This document shows positions 25,545 through 25,899 of a stretch of 25,899 nucleotides of DNA, in pieces (position 1 is the first letter of the stretch; every line of letters starts with the position of its first letter). This DNA is from Acidobacteriota bacterium. GTDB taxonomy: Bacteria > Acidobacteriota > Polarisedimenticolia > J045. The DNA lies in contig JALTMS010000108.1 in the NCBI GenBank assembly GCA_027001345.1, positions 1 to 25,899 on the forward strand, in the 5' to 3' direction. Position numbers and translations under genes: made by a program. Under the pieces are notes generated by a model, which ran no database searches, was not told where the DNA came from, and saw only the letters and a list, made by a program, of their open reading frames with translations.

Positions 25545-25899
25545 ATGTGGATTCCCTGGCTTCTGAAAGAAAAGTCTCTTGACGACTTTGTCGACCACGA
25601 CGGGGAAACCCGGCTCTCCCAGTTGATGGAAGATCCTGGTACGGCTCGTCCCGAAGACAACGTCTACAAGAAAGAACTGGTCCAGCTCACGCGCCAGGCT
25701 CTCGAGGAGCTTCCCGAAAGGGAGCGGCTGATCCTCCTCAAGCGCTTTGGAGTGATGGGTAACGACGAAATGACCCTCGAAGAGATCGGCAAGATCCTCG
25801 GGCTGTCCCGCGAGCGCGTGCGGCAGCTCGAAAAGGAAGCAAAGTTGAAGCTGCGCGAGCGATTGGGCTCCTTGCGCCAGCAGTTGAACTTCGCTCTGA
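25545..25899 (+). CDS. sigma-70 region 3.2 plus region 4-only protein (runs off window end)
   Basis: Manual translation: MWIPWLLKEKSLDDFVDHDGETRLSQLMEDPGTARPEDNVYKKELVQLTRQALEELPERERLILLKRFGVMGNDEMTLEEIGKILGLSRERVRQLEKEAKLKLRERLGSLRQQLNFAL. GAGGT RBS is present, and an in-frame TAG lies at 25506-25508. Confidence 0.85.
   Translation, partial: MWIPWLLKEKSLDDFVDHDGETRLSQLMEDPGTARPEDNVYKKELVQLTRQALEELPERERLILLKRFGVMGNDEMTLEEIGKILGLSRERVRQLEKEAKLKLRERLGSLRQQLNFAL

Noticed and set aside
25897-25899. Terminal TGA as the stop of the half-sigma gene
   Set aside because: Out of frame with ATG 25545: the last full codon is CTG at 25896-25898, so the true stop lies beyond the window.
1-25899. CRISPR arrays, IS elements, rRNA, inteins, selenocysteine recoding
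   Set aside because: No periodic repeats, transposase or integrase motifs, oversize SufB, or in-frame stops within conserved genes were seen.

Overview
High-GC bacterial chromosomal window, possibly Acidobacteriota-like (a guess from the style of the Rrf2 and transglycosylase proteins, not verified). It is mostly housekeeping. Minus strand, right to left: mutL, lytic transglycosylase, yceD-rpmF-plsX-fabD-fabG-acpP-fabF (no fabH), a permease-less PTS cluster (hprK-rapZ-EIIA(Man)-HPr-EI), a MerR-HTH/long coiled-coil protein, tRNA-Pro(GGG), surE-pcm, tRNA-Pro(CGG), and a DUF438/hemerythrin/PAS plus DUF1858/DUF2249 pair. Plus-strand insertions: a HicB/DUF1902-like ORF with an Rrf2-sufCBDSUT Fe-S operon, and an archaeal-type (class II) GAPDH homologue. 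The most unusual element is missing from the supplied ORF track because it runs off the window end. It is a gene at 25545->25899 encoding only regions 3.2 and 4 of a group 1/2 sigma-70, with no region 2. It has its own RBS, an in-frame upstream stop, and a near-consensus sigma-54 (-24/-12) promoter with candidate enhancer palindromes. All coordinates and family assignments were made by eye, without database searches.
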